From positions 18,461 to 82,460 of the forward strand of contig CACACI010000002.1 in NCBI GenBank assembly GCA_902530985.1: DNA of 64,000 bases, read 5' to 3'. The notes below the pieces were generated by a model that was not told where the DNA came from, ran no database searches, and was given only the letters and a program-made list of their open reading frames with translations. The first letter of the stretch is position 1. The number at the start of each line of letters is the position of its first letter. This stretch comes from an uncultured Alphaproteobacteria bacterium (GTDB lineage Bacteria > Pseudomonadota > Alphaproteobacteria > Methylaequorales > Methylaequoraceae). Made by a program: the position numbers and the translations under genes. Shown one piece after another: positions 37,860 to 46,759 of the stretch.

Positions 37860-40800
37860 TTACTTTGATACAACTCTCATTAAGGAATCAAAAAGCTCTC
37901 TTGCAGTTTGAATTATTCTTGCATTAGCTGAGAAAGCCTGTTGAAATTGAATAAGTGAAGCCGCTTCTTCATCAAGAGAAACGCCTGATTTTTCATCCTC
38001 AAGTGCAATGGCTTCTTCTTTACTAGCCAGTGCATCTTGCGCTTCCATTTGACTACTTCTAACTGTTGCTCCAATTTCAGTTGCAGTTTGATTAAAGATA
38101 TCTTGGAAACTTCCAGAGTTTTTTCCGTTAACATCAGATGTTTGAAGGTCAATCATTTTAAGAATATTTCTATTATCGCCAATACCGTCATTATTATTCA
38201 AAACTGTAAAAGAATCTTTGACTTTAGCATCACCAGTCAATCGAAACGATTTTTCAACAGCACTAATAACTCCATCATCTGGAACCAATCTTGAAGCAAT
38301 TGTATGACCAGTTGCATTGTCAATTACCTCTATCTTTTTATTATTTGTCGAATCAACTTGTATTTTGAATTCTTCGTCAACATTGCTTGCAATTACTTCC
38401 CCATAACTAGATGCAATCTTTTTTGATCCATTTCCTGTCATAAGAATTATAAGATCCTCTGAGGGTATATTAGATATTGATAAATTATTTCCTATAAGGG
38501 ATTTTACGCTATTTGATGGAACTTCAAGATCTATTGCATGTGAGCCAGAAACATCTGATGTAAAAGATTGAGCCCTAATTCCATCACCTAAAACATTTAA
38601 ATTAATTTGACTTGTTTTAAAACCAAAAGCCTCTGCTTGTGCATGATCACCAGCAGTAATTCTATCAACAATAATTTGTTTTTTATCTGTTTCTTTAATA
38701 ATAGTTATTTGCGCATTTGTGTCACTAATTTGATTAATCTCAGCAGTAATTCCAATAGCTGAGGATGGTGTTGATGTATTATCATTTAATAATGCACTTG
38801 CAAAAACTGTTGAGAAAGTATCTCCAGCATGACCATTCCCTCCTCCGAATGAAAGCAATGTGAGAGGTTCTTGCGTAGCATTGCCGAAAGTTGAAGCTAA
38901 ACTAAATGTATTGGCATCTACAACCTTTGCAAAATATGAAGTTCCATTTGTTAAACCATTGAGAGCTGTTCCTCCTGCTGTATATTTTATTTTGTCACCA
39001 GTTTTGAAACCATGGCCAGTAGATGTTAATGTTGTAGATGAACCACCCACTCCAGTAGTATTGATTGTCTTAGTATTTGATTTTATAAATACTCCAATTG
39101 GGCTTGCATTATCCTTTATCTTCATGTGAAAGTGCGTAGTATTGCTACCAGCTGGTGTTGTAATTGAAGAACCCGTGAATGTTGATTTAATATCTTCACT
39201 TTTCATACCAAATAATTTGGCATTGTCATCGTTTGTGGAGTCTACAGGGAATGAGAACTGAGAAGCTGAAAGTGTTTTACCACCAGATATATATAAATTT
39301 TTCTCCGGATCGAAAGTATCTAAAGCGTTTCCTCCAACTCCACTGGCACCGATAGTGATAACTGATGGTGGAGTGTTAGTTGCCAAGGTATAGTTGCTTG
39401 CTAGTTTAAATCTATGAGCATCCACTTTTACAGCGTAATAAGTTTGGCCATCAACTAAACCGCCACGAGGACTAGAAAATTTGTCTGAGACACTTCCGCC
39501 TGTTCCCCCAGTGATTGTAATTACAGCTCCACCGGATGTTGCCGCAAGCTGAAAGCTATTTGCTGATCTATTTTTTACAAAATATGTTGTTCCGTCAACT
39601 AACCCAGATATTGGAAGGCTTCCCCCTTTTTTGTATACTACTGGATCGTTATTAGCAAAATCATTTGCAATTGATATTGTATTAGTTGAATTAAATGCGG
39701 TTGTATCTACTGTTACTTTTTCAGCTGCATTATACGTAACTGCATCTCCAGTTTTTAAATTATGTTCTGTTGCCGTTATTGTATCAGTTCCTCCTAGTCC
39801 AGTTGTATTAACTGTTATCGGATCAGGATTTTCAAAATAAGCAGTAACTAAATCTTTCTCTCCTCCTGACACGATTACTTCACCGTTTTCCATAGATAAA
39901 GCATAGGTAAGTCCATCGTAATTGATTCTAAAACTTGAACCATCTTTAGGAATTGATTGAACTGCTGTTCCTATAACTTCCGAAGATGGACTATTAGCTC
40001 TCAATCCGTCAGCAATTTTTTTTGCAATTTCTGATGGTTGAAGACTTTCATTTTTTGAAATATCAACGGTAGTTGTAAACGCAGCCCCATTTCCATCAGC
40101 CGGGATTGTTAATCCATAAGAAAGTACTGAACTAGATGCACTTAGACCATCTGGATGGCTATTAGAAAAATCACCTTGTAGAACAATTGGTTTAATTGTC
40201 TTTATTTCTCCAGTGCTTGATGATGTAACATTTAAAAAACCATCATTTAGAGCATTTTGCACTCCCGTAACGGTTGTCCCTCCTCCGTTATTAGACGTAC
40301 TTATTGCGGATGACGAGCTTATTTGTAATTCACCGCTGAACCTTGCAGCTTTAAAGTTAGTATTGTCTAAAGTAACTGTAACAGGAGAAGAAAATGAAGA
40401 AAAATCATTTTTTAATACCTCCATTTCAACAGTATTAGGTGATGAAAATGAGGATATTTGAATATCATCACCATCAAGATTCTCCATAATTATATGTTTT
40501 TTATCTGATGATAAATTTGCAACTACACCTGTTCTTCCAGAAAAATTATTGATTGAATTGGCTAAATTTGTCAAATCAGTTGATAATATAGATGCAGAAA
40601 TATCGGCATCATTAGCTACTCCAGCTTTACTTAATAAATTAAATGAAATAGTTCCATTTGAAGCAGGAGCAGAAATTTTTACCTTTGTTGATGCTGTTGC
40701 TTCTATACCTAAAGTTTTTGCCTCATCATTTACTAACTTAGCAACAAAACCTGCAGAAGATTCAATTGGAACTGTGATATTCTTAGATTTTCCCGTTGTA

Positions 40801-42950
40801 GTTGAATTTAAAGTAAGAGTGTAAGCTGCACTCACATGACTTGCTGGTACTGTTGTAGCGTGGCGTTGAGCATTAGCTGCTGTTCCATTGGCTCCGTAAC
40901 TTATAAGATAATTTCCTCCAACGGTTGATCTAGAAATATCTATGCCTCGGTATTTTTCATTGCCTGTACCATTGAGATAATCAGCTCTATATTCTGCAAA
41001 TCTATTAAACCCATTTTCTTCAGTAAGAAACTCAGCGATCTCTGAATCAGATAGAACTTCTCCAGCAAGATGTCTTCCCTCTCTTGTAAAAATTTGTAGT
41101 TTGCTAGCTGATGTAATTGATGGATTAATTACATTTGCATTAATTGTTGTTGCTGCTGAAATTGCTCCCGATGAAAATTGCTTATTATTGCTTGCAATAG
41201 TCAAGGTTGAACCACCTCCTGATGCATAAAGCCCCATGGATCTAAAACTATGAGCATTACCTGAAACGTCTCTACTTCTATTTAAAACATCAGTTAATTT
41301 TGTTAAAGATTCTACTCCTGTTAAATCCACTGTTACAGAACTTGAGTCTGCCATAGTAACAGTTATGGAAGTTAACGAAGATAAATCAGATGATGATAAC
41401 CCAAATTGAATTTCAGGTTGTGCTTTATATGAACTTAAATTTACAAATGATGTTCCTGACTGAATTATAGCTGCACCGCCATCCGTTGAAAAATTCGAAG
41501 ATGTAACTGGGCTTAAACCATTAGAAAAAATATTATCGAGATTTTTTACAGTTGTTTTATCTTCAAAATTAATTGGTGCAATTTCTTCAAGTTTAGCTGT
41601 ACCAGTGTTAGATGAACTTGCGCTAATAAGTGTTTTTGCTCCTGCTGCAAAATCTTGAGGTCTTTCGAGCAAAAAACTCATACCTTTTGATGCACTACTT
41701 GGAACTATTGAAAATTCATCTCCATCTAATGGTTCCCCAAAAAAAGATATTTTAAAACCCTCAGCCTCAATTGTTTGATTTCCAGTAATTGGATTTTTTA
41801 AACTATCTGAAGTCAACTTCCAAATCTCTTCATTTTTATGATAAATGACTTTGTATTCTTCACTTTTTATTTTAACTGGATCAGTAATAAAAACTGCTAC
41901 CCCAACACTTGACCTGTTTGTTGGATTTTCTATAGCTTGAAGACTTGAAACTGTAAACATTTGCTTACCCTTTTTGCCATCTAAATCTAATCCTCCTTGA
42001 TTAACCTCATTGAATTTTTGAGAAAGAAGACTTGCTAGGTTGTCAATTTCTTTCAGAGTATCATCTGCTAAAGCATAAGAAGAAACTAAACCGTTTATCA
42101 AGCCAGCTTGAATTTGATTTGTTGCTATTTTATTTATTCCTACTACTGGTTGAAGTCTTGATCCTTGGTTAACAACATCTATCTGAGTCGTAGAATCATT
42201 TCCTTGTAAAGCTTCAACATTAGAACTAACAATCAAAGGACCAGACCCTGATTTACCTAACCTAATATCGGCTTGACCCTTATCTCCATACCTTACTGAA
42301 ATTTGAGTTAATTCGGATAATTGATTTAAAAGTAGATCTCGTTGATCTAATAAAGCATTTGATCCGCCAGTAGCAACTCCAGAAGCTAAAATTTTTGCAT
42401 TTATGTTTGATATTTGATCAGTTAATAAATTTACCGAGGTCACAGAATTCTTGGTTTTATCAATAATTTGATTTTTTAAATTATCTATTCTTTCTGAATA
42501 CAAATTAAATTGTGATGCAAGATCTTTTCCTTTTTCAATAGCCACAATTCTTGATGCCTGATCATCTGGATAGGCTGCAATATCTTGTAATGAATTAAAA
42601 AAATCTCCTATTGCTGAACTAAGATTTGTATCAGTTGGAAGTAGAAGATTTTCTAAATCTCTAACTTCATCAGCAAATGAATCAGCACCTTTAAATGTAG
42701 AGGATGCTTGTCTAGCTTTATCAATTAAAAATTCATCAAATGCTCTTCTTATCTGCTCTACTCTTACACCCAAACCAGTTTGATCAGAAATTTCGGTAAC
42801 ACCCCCACCTGCACCTGTTACTTCCTCGAGTGCAACATCTCTTTTCTTATAACCATCAGTATTAACGTTAGCAATGTTTTGACCAGTAACTGCTAATGAT
42901 TGTCTGTATGATTGAAGACCACTTTTTCCTATATCAAATAAACTTGGCAT
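37860..42950 (-). CDS. flgK: flagellar hook-associated protein 1 (HAP1), giant 1,696-aa form
   Basis: Canonical N-terminus GLQSYRQSLAVTGQNIANVNTDGYKKR and C-terminus EEAASLIQFQQAFSANARIIQTARELF. More than 1,000 aa of Ser/Thr/Gly-rich insert lie between them. Confidence 0.85.
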   Translation of the reverse strand: MPSLFDIGKSGLQSYRQSLAVTGQNIANVNTDGYKKRDVALEEVTGAGGGVTEISDQTGLGVRVEQIRRAFDEFLIDKARQASSTFKGADSFADEVRDLENLLLPTDTNLSSAIGDFFNSLQDIAAYPDDQASRIVAIEKGKDLASQFNLYSERIDNLKNQIIDKTKNSVTSVNLLTDQISNINAKILASGVATGGSNALLDQRDLLLNQLSELTQISVRYGDKGQADIRLGKSGSGPLIVSSNVEALQGNDSTTQIDVVNQGSRLQPVVGINKIATNQIQAGLINGLVSSYALADDTLKEIDNLASLLSQKFNEVNQGGLDLDGKKGKQMFTVSSLQAIENPTNRSSVGVAVFITDPVKIKSEEYKVIYHKNEEIWKLTSDSLKNPITGNQTIEAEGFKISFFGEPLDGDEFSIVPSSASKGMSFLLERPQDFAAGAKTLISASSSNTGTAKLEEIAPINFEDKTTVKNLDNIFSNGLSPVTSSNFSTDGGAAIIQSGTSFVNLSSYKAQPEIQFGLSSSDLSSLTSITVTMADSSSVTVDLTGVESLTKLTDVLNRSRDVSGNAHSFRSMGLYASGGGSTLTIASNNKQFSSGAISAATTINANVINPSITSASKLQIFTREGRHLAGEVLSDSEIAEFLTEENGFNRFAEYRADYLNGTGNEKYRGIDISRSTVGGNYLISYGANGTAANAQRHATTVPASHVSAAYTLTLNSTTTGKSKNITVPIESSAGFVAKLVNDEAKTLGIEATASTKVKISAPASNGTISFNLLSKAGVANDADISASILSTDLTNLANSINNFSGRTGVVANLSSDKKHIIMENLDGDDIQISSFSSPNTVEMEVLKNDFSSFSSPVTVTLDNTNFKAARFSGELQISSSSAISTSNNGGGTTVTGVQNALNDGFLNVTSSSTGEIKTIKPIVLQGDFSNSHPDGLSASSSVLSYGLTIPADGNGAAFTTTVDISKNESLQPSEIAKKIADGLRANSPSSEVIGTAVQSIPKDGSSFRINYDGLTYALSMENGEVIVSGGEKDLVTAYFENPDPITVNTTGLGGTDTITATEHNLKTGDAVTYNAAEKVTVDTTAFNSTNTISIANDFANNDPVVYKKGGSLPISGLVDGTTYFVKNRSANSFQLAATSGGAVITITGGTGGSVSDKFSSPRGGLVDGQTYYAVKVDAHRFKLASNYTLATNTPPSVITIGASGVGGNALDTFDPEKNLYISGGKTLSASQFSFPVDSTNDDNAKLFGMKSEDIKSTFTGSSITTPAGSNTTHFHMKIKDNASPIGVFIKSNTKTINTTGVGGSSTTLTSTGHGFKTGDKIKYTAGGTALNGLTNGTSYFAKVVDANTFSLASTFGNATQEPLTLLSFGGGNGHAGDTFSTVFASALLNDNTSTPSSAIGITAEINQISDTNAQITIIKETDKKQIIVDRITAGDHAQAEAFGFKTSQINLNVLGDGIRAQSFTSDVSGSHAIDLEVPSNSVKSLIGNNLSISNIPSEDLIILMTGNGSKKIASSYGEVIASNVDEEFKIQVDSTNNKKIEVIDNATGHTIASRLVPDDGVISAVEKSFRLTGDAKVKDSFTVLNNNDGIGDNRNILKMIDLQTSDVNGKNSGSFQDIFNQTATEIGATVRSSQMEAQDALASKEEAIALEDEKSGVSLDEEAASLIQFQQAFSANARIIQTARELFDSLMRVVSK
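38815..39830 (-). repeat. internal protein-level repeats in FlgK (motif h-x-F/L-K-T-G-D-x-V/I-x-Y ... GL-x-x-G-x-x-Y-F/Y-x-K/V ... F-x-LA ... G-G)
   Basis: For example HNLKTGDAVTYNA, PVVYKKGGSLPISGLVDGTTYFVKNRSANSFQLAAT, GGLVDGQTYYAVKVDAHRFKLASN and HGFKTGDKIKYTAGGTALNGLTNGTSYFAKVVDANTFSLAST. Confidence 0.6.
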
Positions 42951-43268
42951 TTATTTTCCTCTAACTCCAAATTGTCTGATAAGAGCTTCTGCTATTCCAA
43001 AGCTATGGTTTTTTGAAATAGTTTTAGCGTATTCCTGATCTAAAAGAGATTCATAAGTTTCACTTCCTTGATTTGCAAACAAGCTTTCAGCTAATTTAGC
43101 CTTTCTTGCACTCTTCAACATTTGATAAACAAATAATGACTCAAACTCTTGAGCAACATCTTTAAGTTCAGCATCTTTATTAATTTTATTTGTCTTTATT
43201 GATGAGATATTCTCATCAATATTTGTTTTTATTTTTGCTATGGGGTTACTATCCATGAATCTAACCAA
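42951..43268 (-). CDS. flgJ: flagellar rod-binding protein (FlgJ N-terminal domain only, no muramidase domain)
   Basis: 105 aa. The Rod_binding signature FESLFVYQMLKSARK. The stop abuts the flgK start. Confidence 0.75.
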   Translation of the reverse strand: MVRFMDSNPIAKIKTNIDENISSIKTNKINKDAELKDVAQEFESLFVYQMLKSARKAKLAESLFANQGSETYESLLDQEYAKTISKNHSFGIAEALIRQFGVRGK

Positions 43269-43272
43269 ATCT

Positions 43273-44391
43273 CTATATTATTATAAGTTCAGCTCTTAAT
43301 GCTCCCGCTGTTCTCAAGGCCTCAAGTATTGCAACCATGTCTGTTGCCGTTGTTCCGGTCTCATTTAAAGCATCAACAAGAGTCTGAAGCTCAATACCAG
43401 GATCAAAAACAAATGCTCTGGCTGGATCTTCATTGACCTCAATCTGAGAATCTGCTGCAGTAGTAGCAGCTGTTCCAGAAACTGTTGCCGATGTTCCAAC
43501 AACGGTTCCAGTTCCTTCAGATAAAAGCTTTGTATCTTCTTGTATTTTTACTGATAAACTTCCATGTGCAACTGCAGCTGGAGAAATTCTTACATCCCCT
43601 CCAATTACTACTGTCCCTGTTCTTGAGTTTACAACAACTTTAGCTTTAGGCGTGACTGGCTCAAAATTAATATTCTCTAATAAGCCAATAAATGATACTT
43701 TTTGTGATGGGTTTGCAGGAGTCCTTACTTTAATTGAAATCGAATCCATTGGTATCGCAACTTCTGGTCCAAATGTTTCGTTAATAGTATTTGCAATTCT
43801 GTTTGCTTGAGAAAAGTCTGCTTGATGAAGGTTGAGAACAATATTATCTTTTTCCAAAAAAGTATTTTCTACCAACTTTTCAACAGTTGCACCTCCAGGT
43901 ATCCTTCCCACAGTGGGAGTTCCTTGAATAGTTGTTGAACCATCTGCTCCTTCAACACCCAATCCACCAACTACTAAGTTTCCTTGAGCAATAGCATAAA
44001 CATCTCCATCAGCACCTTTTAAGGCAGTCATCAACAAAGTACCACCCTTTAAAGATTTAGCTTTTCCTATTGTTGAAACAGTTACATCAATTGTTTGTCC
44101 GGGTTTAGAAAATGGAGGTAAGTTTGCTGTAACCATAACATTTGCTGAGTTAGTTGCATCTATATCTGCTGTATTTGCAATTACGCCAAATTGTGAGATC
44201 ATTGCAGCAATGCTTTGTTTAGTTAAATTAACACTACCGTCACCAGTTTTTGCAAGGCCTATAACTAAACCATAACCTACCAACTGATTAGATCTGACAC
44301 CTGCAAGAGAAACCATATCTTTTATTCTGTCAGCTAAGGCTGAGTTACTAATAAAAAATAAAGCAAAAAAATATATTAATAAATTTCTCAT
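43273..44391 (-). CDS. flgI: flagellar P-ring protein
   Basis: Signal peptide [34 protein letters not shown] and a C-terminal [20 protein letters not shown] prefer the start at 44391, which avoids overlap with flgH (the ORF track starts at 44421). Confidence 0.9.
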   Translation of the reverse strand: MRNLLIYFFALFFISNSALADRIKDMVSLAGVRSNQLVGYGLVIGLAKTGDGSVNLTKQSIAAMISQFGVIANTADIDATNSANVMVTANLPPFSKPGQTIDVTVSTIGKAKSLKGGTLLMTALKGADGDVYAIAQGNLVVGGLGVEGADGSTTIQGTPTVGRIPGGATVEKLVENTFLEKDNIVLNLHQADFSQANRIANTINETFGPEVAIPMDSISIKVRTPANPSQKVSFIGLLENINFEPVTPKAKVVVNSRTGTVVIGGDVRISPAAVAHGSLSVKIQEDTKLLSEGTGTVVGTSATVSGTAATTAADSQIEVNEDPARAFVFDPGIELQTLVDALNETGTTATDMVAILEALRTAGALRAELIII

Positions 44392-44398
44392 TCTAATT

Positions 44399-45091
44399 TT
44401 AGAAAGGAGATACATAAGCAAAATATCTACTCAACCAACCTTTCGTAACACTATCGTTCATATCACCTGTACCAGTATAGGAAATCTCAGCATCAGCTAC
44501 TTTTTTAGAAGAAACGGTATTTGATGATGAAATATCATCAGGTCTAATTACACCAGCAAGTCTTATATATTCCGTTCCACTATTATATGCGAGTTTTCTT
44601 TGCCCTTTAACCTCTAGATTGCCATTTGGATAAACTCTCACAATTGTAACTGATATTGTTCCAGTAAGACTATTTGATTGAGCAGCAGTTCCTGAACCTG
44701 TAAAGGCTTGGGTAGTTCCACCTCGAAGATTATCTTCTTTCACACCACCTGGAAAAAATAGTTTACCAATCAATGATGAAGGACCAAATAATGCTTCAGG
44801 TAAATCAAACGTATATGAATCACTCTTAGATAATGATTCTGTTCCAGCATTAGCAGCTGTCATAGTCTCTTCTAAAGTGATTGTAATAATATCTCCGACT
44901 CTGTTTGCTCTTCTATCTGAAGCAAAAAGACCGCCGTCGCCATCGTATACTGCACCTTCAGTAGCATTATTAATATTCTCAAAGTTAGAAAAATCAGGTT
45001 GAATACTTTTAAACTCTTCTCCTATTTTATCTTCCATATAAGTAGAGCAACTTTGAATACTAAAAAGAAATAAAAATAAAATAAATTTCAT
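44399..45091 (-). CDS. flgH: flagellar L-ring lipoprotein
   Basis: Lipobox [16 protein letters not shown] and [20 protein letters not shown]. Confidence 0.85.
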   Translation of the reverse strand: MKFILFLFLFSIQSCSTYMEDKIGEEFKSIQPDFSNFENINNATEGAVYDGDGGLFASDRRANRVGDIITITLEETMTAANAGTESLSKSDSYTFDLPEALFGPSSLIGKLFFPGGVKEDNLRGGTTQAFTGSGTAAQSNSLTGTISVTIVRVYPNGNLEVKGQRKLAYNSGTEYIRLAGVIRPDDISSSNTVSSKKVADAEISYTGTGDMNDSVTKGWLSRYFAYVSPF

Positions 45092-45099
45092 TGAATTTC

Positions 45100-45888
45100 C
45101 TATAAATTATTACTTACAAATCTAAGCATTTCATCTACTGAGGTGATTGCTTTAGAATTTACTTCATAGGCTCTTTGTGTTTCAATCATATCTACTAGTT
45201 CTTGAACAACGTTTACGTTTGAACTTTCTAGAGCACCTTGAATAATTTTACCAAAACCTGCAGCAAAAGGGTTTTCAATCACAGGGGGACCACTAGAAGT
45301 CGTTTCAACGTAAAAGTTCTCTCCTATAGGTTGCAAACCTGTTCTGTTCTGAAAATCTGCTAACTGAAGCTGTCCAACTTCCTGAGCTTCAACCTGTTCA
45401 GGTATTTGAACCGAAACAATTCCATCAGCTGAAACGTTAATTTTTGTAGCCTCAGCAGGTATCGCGATTTCTGGTTGGATAATGAAACCACTATTAGTTG
45501 TTAAGATGCCCTCATTATTTCTCGAAAATGCACCATTACGCGTATAAACAATTTGTCCATCTGGTAATAAAACTTGAAAAAAACCTCCGCCATCTACAGC
45601 TAAATCAAGAGAATTATCTGTTGAAACAATACTACCTTGTGAATGTAATTTATTTGAATTTACAATATTTACTCCAGTACCGACTGAAAAACCAGATGTT
45701 AATTCTGTATCAACTGATGTTTGAGCACCACTACTTCTAATTATTTGATATAGTAAAGATTCAAAATTTGCTCTATCTCTTTTAAAACCATTTGTGTTAA
45801 CATTTGCAAGATTATTTGAAATAATCTGCATTCTAACTTGTTGGGCATTCAGACCAGTTTTTGCGACATGCATTGCGTTTATTGCCAT
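45100..45888 (-). CDS. flgG: flagellar distal rod protein
   Basis: 262 aa. TGLNAQQVRMQIISNNLANVNTNGFKRDR and C-terminal ALESSNVNVVQELVDMIETQRAYEVNSK. Confidence 0.9.
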   Translation of the reverse strand: MAINAMHVAKTGLNAQQVRMQIISNNLANVNTNGFKRDRANFESLLYQIIRSSGAQTSVDTELTSGFSVGTGVNIVNSNKLHSQGSIVSTDNSLDLAVDGGGFFQVLLPDGQIVYTRNGAFSRNNEGILTTNSGFIIQPEIAIPAEATKINVSADGIVSVQIPEQVEAQEVGQLQLADFQNRTGLQPIGENFYVETTSSGPPVIENPFAAGFGKIIQGALESSNVNVVQELVDMIETQRAYEVNSKAITSVDEMLRFVSNNL

Positions 45889-45926
45889 TGTAATCCTCTT
45901 TCTAGCTAAAGTTTTATAAGTTTATT

Positions 45927-45942
45927 TGCAAAACACATGCCA
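45927..45942 (-). promoter_or_regulatory. sigma-54 -24/-12 promoter motif TGGCATGTGTTTTGCA (minus strand) upstream of flgG
   Basis: GG-N10-GC with TTGCA. 38 nt lie between the motif and the flgG ATG at 45888. Confidence 0.75.
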
Positions 45943-45986
45943 CGAAAACATACGAGAAATCATAATAAGAAAGAAGTTTAAATTAT

Positions 45987-46502
45987 TTATTTAATTAAAA
46001 TATTTGGATCTATAAAATGACTAAATTTAGCATTCATATTTGATATATCATTCCATGACTTCAAATCAAATTTCAATGAAATGATAGATGATGTAACAAA
46101 TCGTATGTCTGAAATTTTTTTATACCCTTCAGTCTCGCATAAGAAATAGTTAACAAAGAATAATATCTTAGGCTCATGTGTAATTATTAATAAACTTTTA
46201 GAATCTTCAACTTTACCAAGCTTTATTAAAAAATCTTCTTCATTACCATTGTAAAGATCATAATCATTGATTATCTTTATTTCTTTATACTTCAAATCAT
46301 CTAATAAAGAATCACGAGTTTGTATTGTCCTTAGTGATGGTGAACAAAATATTAAATCAAATTCTATTTTCTTTTCTTTAAGAAATTTTGAAACTACTTT
46401 AGTTTTTTTAATTCCTTTTTTTGAAATAGGTCTCTCAAAATCATCTCCATTGTAATTATTACAATCTGATTTTGCATGCCTCATAAAACTTAAATATAAC
46501 AT
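45987..46502 (-). CDS. histidine phosphatase superfamily protein, SixA-like phosphohistidine phosphatase
   Basis: 171 aa. N-terminal LSFMRHAKS (RHG-type motif) and CSPSLRTIQT. Size fits SixA. Confidence 0.6.
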   Translation of the reverse strand: MLYLSFMRHAKSDCNNYNGDDFERPISKKGIKKTKVVSKFLKEKKIEFDLIFCSPSLRTIQTRDSLLDDLKYKEIKIINDYDLYNGNEEDFLIKLGKVEDSKSLLIITHEPKILFFVNYFLCETEGYKKISDIRFVTSSIISLKFDLKSWNDISNMNAKFSHFIDPNILIK

Positions 46503-46574
46503 ACAAAGAATTATAGTTTTTATTTGTAAATATCAAAACTTTGAAAAAAAATTATCTAAGCCAAGAGTATTGAT

Positions 46575-46748
46575 TTAAATACTTAAATCATACATTCTAA
46601 TTTTAGATGAATATTTAGCTAACTTTCGTATTATTGATATATTATTTGGATCTAATGATAATTTCTTATTAAGGTTGTCTATTTTTAGACCGATACTAGA
46701 AAGTAATAATTCTTTCTCTTGATTGATTGAAATTGATAAATCATCCAT
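46575..46748 (-). CDS. small hypothetical protein (57 aa), trimmed from the 82-aa track ORF
   Basis: An internal ATG at 46748 lies exactly 11 nt downstream of a sigma-54 motif. Sequence MDDLSISINQEKELLL...DPNNISIIRKLAKYSSKIRMYD. Confidence 0.3.
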   Translation of the reverse strand: MDDLSISINQEKELLLSSIGLKIDNLNKKLSLDPNNISIIRKLAKYSSKIRMYDLSI

Positions 46749-46759
46749 AATACCCCGGG

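Noticed and set aside
38815-39830. The FlgK repeat block read as a phage tail-fibre or adhesin gene fragment inserted by a mobile element.
   Set aside because: The reading frame is continuous with the canonical FlgK N- and C-termini. There are no flanking direct repeats, integrase or transposase genes. It is best read as an in-frame domain expansion.
37913-40824. Several 69-91-aa ORFs on the plus strand, and one on the minus strand (37913-38152), inside flgK. The others are 38037-38294, 38860-39129, 39631-39840, 40213-40461 and 40549-40824.
   Set aside because: They are shadow ORFs within a long CDS that has canonical FlgK termini. Their compositions are the low-complexity mirror of the Ser/Thr/Gly-rich FlgK frame.
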